Origin: an uncultured Prevotellaceae bacterium
GTDB lineage: Bacteria; Bacteroidota; Bacteroidia; Bacteroidales; UBA932
DNA length: 64,000 nt
Reading direction: 5' to 3'
NCBI GenBank assembly: GCA_900314395.1
Contig: OMVB01000157.1
Location: 4,433 to 68,432, forward strand
Position numbers and translations under genes: made by a program. Each line of letters begins with the position of its first letter. Within the stretch, counting starts at the first letter, position 1. Of this stretch, positions 58,494 through 64,000 are shown one piece after another. The notes under the pieces were generated by a model. It searched no databases. It was not told the DNA's origin and saw nothing but the letters and a program-made list of their open reading frames with translations.

Positions 58494-59633
58494 ATGGAAG
58501 AGATTGTAAATAATAATGAGGTTAGACCTATCGACAGGCTTTTTAAGGATAGTCCTGATGTACAGGTATATGGCTTTTCCTTTGATAAGGCTGCCGAGTA
58601 TCTGCGTGATGTCCAGATGAAGATGTCCCGTGCCATCGGGTGGAAGGATCCTACCCAGCCGTTTGATTTCGACAGGTTCTCAGGATTCTATCCGGAGGTT
58701 TATTCCGACCATGCAGATATCTGTCATGGGAACTATGTCGTAGCCCGTTTCTCTGCCGCTACGGACGGCTCGCTTGCGTTTAAGCCCATGGCGGATGAAT
58801 TTGGGATGTATCCTGATGATATCAAGCCCTGGTACCCCCTTGGGGATATCATGGATGGTAAGTTCTGTCTGGAGAAGGAAAACATCGATGCGGCAAGACG
58901 TGAGTGCAACGAGGGAATGGTCATCATCTATGGTCTTCGTTATGGCGAAGATATTGCTTTTGGCTATAATTCTGATGATATGCGTGTCAAGAGAGCTCTT
59001 GTCGCCGAGAACCCTAACATTCGTCTTGTCGGAGAGGAAACGTTACTGAATGCCGTTGGTAATTGGATTAACTATGACTGTGTTCCGGGTATGGAGCACG
59101 CGCAGCGTCCGGAGATAGTTCGTTTCGCCTGGGACGGAGAAACTCTTCGTTCGGAGAAAGAAGTTTGCCTTTTCCTTGCACAGAAGAATGGTGTCGATGA
59201 AGATCTGCAATTGCAACGTCTTGAGCATGACTGGGATATCATTAAGCATCTGAGGGCCGAGGGGGAGAAGGTGCGTCGGGAGTTGGAGAAGGCCGTTGGG
59301 ATTCCTGAAGGTTCTCATTTCAATTTCACAAATGCTGTTTATCCGTCATATGGACTACGTGATGATGCGTTGTTCCTTACGGACAAGTGTGGAAGGCATA
59401 TAACGAATTTCATCACTTCTGCGGGTGGACAGATAACGTATAATAGGGAATATGATGCTGACAGGATGTTGTCTGCTCCGGAGAAGTCCTTCTCCTCTGT
59501 GAAGGAAGCTATGGATACCGTTCGTAAGGCCGTTCTTAATCCTAAGAACATAGAAGCTGCCAAGATGGATTATCAGCGTTATGTACAGTCGCAGAAGCAG
59601 ACTGATAAGGTCTCTTCTGGAATCAAGAGATAA
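58494..59633 (+). CDS. Hypothetical protein
   Basis: 379-aa ORF, co-directional, codon usage like its neighbours; no family recognised. Confidence 0.75.
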   Translation: MEEIVNNNEVRPIDRLFKDSPDVQVYGFSFDKAAEYLRDVQMKMSRAIGWKDPTQPFDFDRFSGFYPEVYSDHADICHGNYVVARFSAATDGSLAFKPMADEFGMYPDDIKPWYPLGDIMDGKFCLEKENIDAARRECNEGMVIIYGLRYGEDIAFGYNSDDMRVKRALVAENPNIRLVGEETLLNAVGNWINYDCVPGMEHAQRPEIVRFAWDGETLRSEKEVCLFLAQKNGVDEDLQLQRLEHDWDIIKHLRAEGEKVRRELEKAVGIPEGSHFNFTNAVYPSYGLRDDALFLTDKCGRHITNFITSAGGQITYNREYDADRMLSAPEKSFSSVKEAMDTVRKAVLNPKNIEAAKMDYQRYVQSQKQTDKVSSGIKR

Positions 59634-59660
59634 ATTTTACAAACTATATAAGTAACTGTT

Positions 59661-62138
59661 ATGATTGGAACGATGGCCGGAGATATTATTGCATCTCCAT
59701 ATGTAAATAATCCGAGGGAGAAGACATCAGATATTTTCTTTCCTCTCTTCACCGCTTCTGAGAAGGTGACTGTAAACGGAAGGACAGTTCGTAGTCGTAC
59801 TTATCAGCCGCAGGACGGAGTTTGTTCTGCTCTTGCTAAGGCGGCTACGGAGTGGTATGTCTCCGGCGATCATTCTCTCGAAGCATGGAATGCAAGTAAA
59901 GAGAAGTTCCTTGAGGGACGTCATCCTTCCGGAACGGAAGTGCTTGCCGTCTGTGGCCCTATTGTCCGTATGGCGGACAATCTAGATGAAGCGCTTCGTA
60001 TGTCCGCACTTGCGGTTTCTGATTTGAAACCAAGAGGAGAGGTAGTATCCGCTTCTGCGGATTTCACTGTGCTTCTCTGGGCGATGCGCTCTCCTGCAAG
60101 AGAGGAGGAGATAGCAAGGGCAAGACGCAGGCTTGAAGACTCCGGATATGACCTTCACCGTAATTCTTCTGAGATTCGTCCTTTCCTTGACGGAACTGTT
60201 ATTGAGGCGGAAGCCGGCAAGTTAACCATGGGTGACGGTAAGGTCCATTCAGAGCCGAAGGATGTCATTCCGGGAGTGTGGGCTGTACTTTCTGAAAGCC
60301 GTTCGTTTGAGGAGGCTGTACGCAGGGCTGTTGCCCTTGGCGGCAATCCGGTGGTTAACGCTACGCTTGTAGGTGCCGCCGCCGAGCAGCGCTGGGATAT
60401 CCCCGAAGAGATTCGAAAAAACACAGAGAAGTTCCTTTCTGCGCAAGATCGCACCCTGCTTAATAAATATGACAGGTTCCTTAAGGCAAAGGCTGAGGGG
60501 GAGTCTTTTAAGCAGAGCCGTGCGGAGGCGAACGGGACGAAGTTTTCTGTGATTCGTCTCGAAGGCCTTGGTTCCATCTATGTCATTCCTGAAGGCAGGA
60601 AGGATATAGAGGACGCCGTAAAGAAGGCGAATAAGGCGGCCGGCAAGAGTGAGAAGGCGGGAGATTATGTCATTATTCGTCCGGAGGAACTGGAGTCCGT
60701 AGTTACCCGTCTTTCGGAGCAGAAGGACGAATCTGGTAAGTTACTTGATGGCACCTATATCGAGCATCCTCGTCCGGAGGTTAAGTCCCTTTGGATGCAA
60801 AACGGTGAAATCCGCACGTCCACTACCCGTTCCGGAGAGGGTGTTGGTGGAGCGAAGCTTCCAAGTGTAGAGACCAGGAAGAATATCTTGAATGACTGGA
60901 GCGAGCTGAAGGAGTATGCCAGTAAAGTAAGGTCTGATTTGGAAAATTTTATTGGTTTTAAATCAAAAGGTAAGGATCATATTCATTTTGAATCGGCGTT
61001 TTATCCTGTCGTTCTTGACAGGAGCATTGAGATCCGTGAGGGAGATATTCTCCGTGCCCAGGTGGGTATTGATGATAACGGGCGGTTCTCTGTGAATACT
61101 AATGTGTTTACAGGAGGTGTGCATACAGAAGGGATTGACGGTGTCCTTAACACCATGAACCTCCTTCCCAAGTCTGCCGGCATGAAGGAGTTCAAGCAGG
61201 TGCTTGATGAATATTGTTTGGATTATGGCAGGATTGAGGAAGAAGGAGAGCGTAAGGCCCTTAAGGATGGAGATGAATCTGAGGTTCATGCAATCCGTAA
61301 GAAATACAAGTCTAACGTTGACAGGGCGTATGAAGATGCCAGGATTGAGTTAAAGTCCGCTGTCATGCCCGAAGGCCCCCATCTATCGGGGAAAGCGGAG
61401 GCGATCCGGCAGGAGCGCCTGGCGGAGAGCGTGGAGCGCTACGCCGGCATGACCAGGACGGATGTGGTGGATTCACAGCTCCATAAGGGCTCTGTGTTCA
61501 CTATTGGACATAGCAACTTATCCCAGGAGGAGTTTGACAAGCTTTTGAAACGTCATGGCATCGAGGTGCTTGTTGATATTCGTTCAATTCCTAATTCAAG
61601 GTTTGCAAAGCAGTTCAATAAGGATACTCTTGATTCCCATCTTATGGAGAAGGATATAGAGTATTATCATTTCCCTGAGTTCGGAGGAAAGCAGTATGTG
61701 ACTGAGAAGGATGAAAAGGGGAAAAACGTGCAGCGTCAGATGTCTTATGAGGAAATCATGAAGACTGATGAATTCAAGAAAGGGATGAAGAGTCTCCGGG
61801 ATTGCGTAAAGGGCGGTTACCGCGTTGCGCTTATGTGTTCGGAAAATGAGCCTCTTGATTGTCACAGGATGGTAATGATGGGCCGTGCTCTTGCACATCC
61901 TGAGGTGTACGGCAGTAAGTCGAAACCGATTGACGTACAGCATATCACCAGGAGTGGATATACTCTTAGTCAGAGTTTCATGGAGCAGAAGATGTTATCC
62001 AACTATAAGTCGGATAATCTGAATGAAGTGTATAAGCTTCGAGGAGAGCAGCTTGTCAATAAGGCTGAACAGCCAAAGAGGATTTCTCTTAGAAGAAACT
62101 ATGAGAATAAGAAGACTTCTAAAGGAGTAAGGAGGTAA
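59661..62138 (+). CDS. Fusion of a degenerate ADP-ribosylglycohydrolase-like domain, an unknown middle region and DUF488
   Basis: N-terminal MIGTMAGDIIASPY and AVALGGNPVVNATLVGAAAEQRWDIPEEI (ARH fold ends); C-terminal VFTIGHSN, LVDIRSIPNSR and LMCSENEPLDCHR (DUF488). Confidence 0.75.
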   Translation: MIGTMAGDIIASPYVNNPREKTSDIFFPLFTASEKVTVNGRTVRSRTYQPQDGVCSALAKAATEWYVSGDHSLEAWNASKEKFLEGRHPSGTEVLAVCGPIVRMADNLDEALRMSALAVSDLKPRGEVVSASADFTVLLWAMRSPAREEEIARARRRLEDSGYDLHRNSSEIRPFLDGTVIEAEAGKLTMGDGKVHSEPKDVIPGVWAVLSESRSFEEAVRRAVALGGNPVVNATLVGAAAEQRWDIPEEIRKNTEKFLSAQDRTLLNKYDRFLKAKAEGESFKQSRAEANGTKFSVIRLEGLGSIYVIPEGRKDIEDAVKKANKAAGKSEKAGDYVIIRPEELESVVTRLSEQKDESGKLLDGTYIEHPRPEVKSLWMQNGEIRTSTTRSGEGVGGAKLPSVETRKNILNDWSELKEYASKVRSDLENFIGFKSKGKDHIHFESAFYPVVLDRSIEIREGDILRAQVGIDDNGRFSVNTNVFTGGVHTEGIDGVLNTMNLLPKSAGMKEFKQVLDEYCLDYGRIEEEGERKALKDGDESEVHAIRKKYKSNVDRAYEDARIELKSAVMPEGPHLSGKAEAIRQERLAESVERYAGMTRTDVVDSQLHKGSVFTIGHSNLSQEEFDKLLKRHGIEVLVDIRSIPNSRFAKQFNKDTLDSHLMEKDIEYYHFPEFGGKQYVTEKDEKGKNVQRQMSYEEIMKTDEFKKGMKSLRDCVKGGYRVALMCSENEPLDCHRMVMMGRALAHPEVYGSKSKPIDVQHITRSGYTLSQSFMEQKMLSNYKSDNLNEVYKLRGEQLVNKAEQPKRISLRRNYENKKTSKGVRR

Positions 62139-62140
62139 CT

Positions 62141-62326
62141 ATGGATACTATGGATGAAATATTTGGTGTTCCCAGGATTGACTACGAGAAGATAGCGCGT
62201 TCTCGTTCAAAAGATTCTATGTCGCAGCTGAAAGAGCAGGAAGCGGCTTCTGAACAGAGAGCTGAAGAGAGACGGGAAAAGAAAGGTTATCGTAAATTTC
62301 ATAGATTGTTATGTTGTACATTTTAG
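62141..62326 (+). CDS. Small hypothetical protein, possibly the 5' part of a frameshifted gene
   Basis: 61 aa; starts 2 nt after the upstream stop; overlaps the next ORF by 16 nt. Confidence 0.5.
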   Translation: MDTMDEIFGVPRIDYEKIARSRSKDSMSQLKEQEAASEQRAEERREKKGYRKFHRLLCCTF

Positions 62327-63375
62327 CAAATGCAGAATATGATTTTTTCTCCACTTTGGAGCATAATATCGATCTGTATAATATGGGTGTAGGAGACAAG
62401 GCTTTAGAACTTGCTTCCCTGGGGAAGAATATTTTTTATATGCAGTTAAGTTCTGATGGCGTCCACGCCTATGAACTTAAATCCACAAAATCTGACCGGG
62501 TATTATTTTCCCTTAGGAGTGTCGATGAGAATGACACTGGTCTTCTTGTTGATATTGAGGATAATATTGGGTTGTTAGGTTCATTGAACAGATATCCTAA
62601 TACTGTTTTTGAATCCAAATCAGCGGCTGTTTCCGATGCTGGATTAAGGGGCCCATATCCTGTTTTGGATGCTGAAGTTATCGGTGATTATCTGGAGGAG
62701 AGACTTTTTTCTAAAGAGAATCTCCGGCTTTCCGGTAATGAGAAATATCTTTCTTTTGATGCATATTCGTCTTATCTTCGTTATGCTGATGAACCATCAC
62801 ATGTTTCTGTGAAGGATGTCAATAAAGAGTTATCCAGAAGGAATTCGCCGGCTTTAGGCAATTACAGCTATCTTGACATTTTGTCTGTAGCGCATAATCC
62901 AAATATGGAGTTGATGGATTTTACTGGGAAAAGTAATGTTCAGGTTGTATGTGATCTGCTTGAGGTGGAAGTGAAGAAGAGGGGTGAATGCTTATCTAAT
63001 AACAAGTTTATGTTTGTTTCTGACGAGATGAAAGCTAATCATCAGGAAGAACAGATTGTTCTTATTAAGTCGGATATGCTTCGTGGTTTAAATCCGTTTA
63101 GCGGAGGAAAGCTTCTTGGAGAGGCTGATGGATATAAGGTTGTAATTAAGTTTGTTGACCCTGCAAAGGATCCTTTCGGACGAACAAGAAAGGTGGATTA
63201 CCTGAGGAATGGTAGTTCCATCAGTTTCCTTAAGGCATGCAAGATACATCCGGAGATGAAGGATATCATGTTTAAGGCCTTAAGTAAGGCGGAACGCCGT
63301 TCCAAGAACATCGAGAGGTTTGACAGGTTCAAGCAGTCGATTGGTATTTCGCGAAAGAAAGTGTTGGGTGTTTAA
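62311..63375 (+). CDS. Hypothetical protein
   Basis: 354-aa ORF, co-directional; no family recognised. Confidence 0.7.
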   Translation: MLYILANAEYDFFSTLEHNIDLYNMGVGDKALELASLGKNIFYMQLSSDGVHAYELKSTKSDRVLFSLRSVDENDTGLLVDIEDNIGLLGSLNRYPNTVFESKSAAVSDAGLRGPYPVLDAEVIGDYLEERLFSKENLRLSGNEKYLSFDAYSSYLRYADEPSHVSVKDVNKELSRRNSPALGNYSYLDILSVAHNPNMELMDFTGKSNVQVVCDLLEVEVKKRGECLSNNKFMFVSDEMKANHQEEQIVLIKSDMLRGLNPFSGGKLLGEADGYKVVIKFVDPAKDPFGRTRKVDYLRNGSSISFLKACKIHPEMKDIMFKALSKAERRSKNIERFDRFKQSIGISRKKVLGV

Positions 63376-63386
63376 TACTATGGGTT

Positions 63387-64000
63387 ATGATTGAGATAGA
63401 CAAGGGGCAGCACATGGCAATGATCCAACTCTCTCTTATGGGGGTGTCCGTGAATGTCCATATTGATATGAATAATATCAGGAAAGAACATTTGCTGCAG
63501 AACAGCAGGCTGTCGGAGTTGTCTCCGAAACGTCTGGTGTCTCTTCTTGAATTCACGGACCATACATTTAAGGTTGACCCTAAGTCTGTTGTTCCATGGA
63601 GAGACCAGTTTCTGATGAGATTATCGAAGAACTGTGACGAGCTATTGAGCCTGCCAAAGACACTTTCTGTTGCGGAGATGGATTATATCCGTAAGACTGT
63701 AAAGGATTCTAACATGTCTTTGGCAAAGGCGGCAAAGGTTGTTCCGGAGATGGTTCATAAGGCACAGAAGATATCATATCAGTATCATGATGGGTTTAAT
63801 CATCTGACCCGTGATGATGATTTTATTGCGGTTCGTGCCGGAAGACGAATTGTGGGTATGATTCCTCTCCCTGGAAACGATTTCAATGAGCTTAAGAAGT
63901 TCCTTAAGTTAGGTGGCGACAGGGTCCTTGAACCGGAGAATGTGGCTAAGTTTCTTAAAGCGGTCAAGGAAGTAAAGCGCAATGAGGCCATGCAGGTCAT
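63387..64000 (+). CDS. Hypothetical protein, N-terminal part; runs off the window
   Basis: Manual translation MIEIDKGQHMAMIQLSLMG... is open to 64000; not in the ORF track because it lacks a stop. Confidence 0.7.
   Translation, partial: MIEIDKGQHMAMIQLSLMGVSVNVHIDMNNIRKEHLLQNSRLSELSPKRLVSLLEFTDHTFKVDPKSVVPWRDQFLMRLSKNCDELLSLPKTLSVAEMDYIRKTVKDSNMSLAKAAKVVPEMVHKAQKISYQYHDGFNHLTRDDDFIAVRAGRRIVGMIPLPGNDFNELKKFLKLGGDRVLEPENVAKFLKAVKEVKRNEAMQV

Larger units (their letters stand above)
54197..64000. mobile_element. Left part of a tRNA-Val-integrated element (ICE/conjugative-transposon-like); continues beyond the window
   Basis: Abrupt shift to AT-richer DNA with T-ending codons at the tRNA fragment; primase, DUF4099/3945-like and ArdC genes typical of Bacteroidetes conjugative elements; integrase not in window. 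Confidence 0.82.

Overview
This is a 64-kb Bacteroidales window. TAnnTTTG -7 promoter motifs, the bat operon and the absence of Shine-Dalgarno motifs support that call; a Rikenellaceae-RC9/UBA932-like gut lineage is only a guess. Bases 1-54150 are GC-rich chromosomal backbone: the start of the dcw cluster (mraZ-rsmH-ftsL-ftsI), a PNGase F/GH29 fucosidase lipoprotein pair, purA, ssb, aroE, lysS, recJ, aroK, parC, era, tonB-exbD-exbB, truA, moxR-bat, tricorn protease, glyA-etfBA-acyl-CoA dehydrogenase, ppdK, phoH, folC and an alpha-2-macroglobulin-like gene. At 54154-54196 lies the 3' half of a tRNA-Val(TAC), read as an att site. It marks the left end of a lower-GC integrated element that runs off the window and encodes a tandem HTH, Toprim primase, DUF4099/3945-like protein, ArdC, and a degenerate ADP-ribosylglycohydrolase-DUF488 fusion. 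The most unusual signals lie outside the gene list. (1) A long-palindrome family with a conserved loop and covarying stems occurs in 7 copies. Two copies bracket a 1.7-kb Y-family polymerase cassette with cross-matched arms, as expected for attL/attR hybrids. (2) A second, REP-like hairpin family occurs in 9 copies, 8 of them in-frame inside protein-coding genes. (3) folC carries six in-frame palindromic insertions. All calls are by eye from the sequence; no database searches were run.
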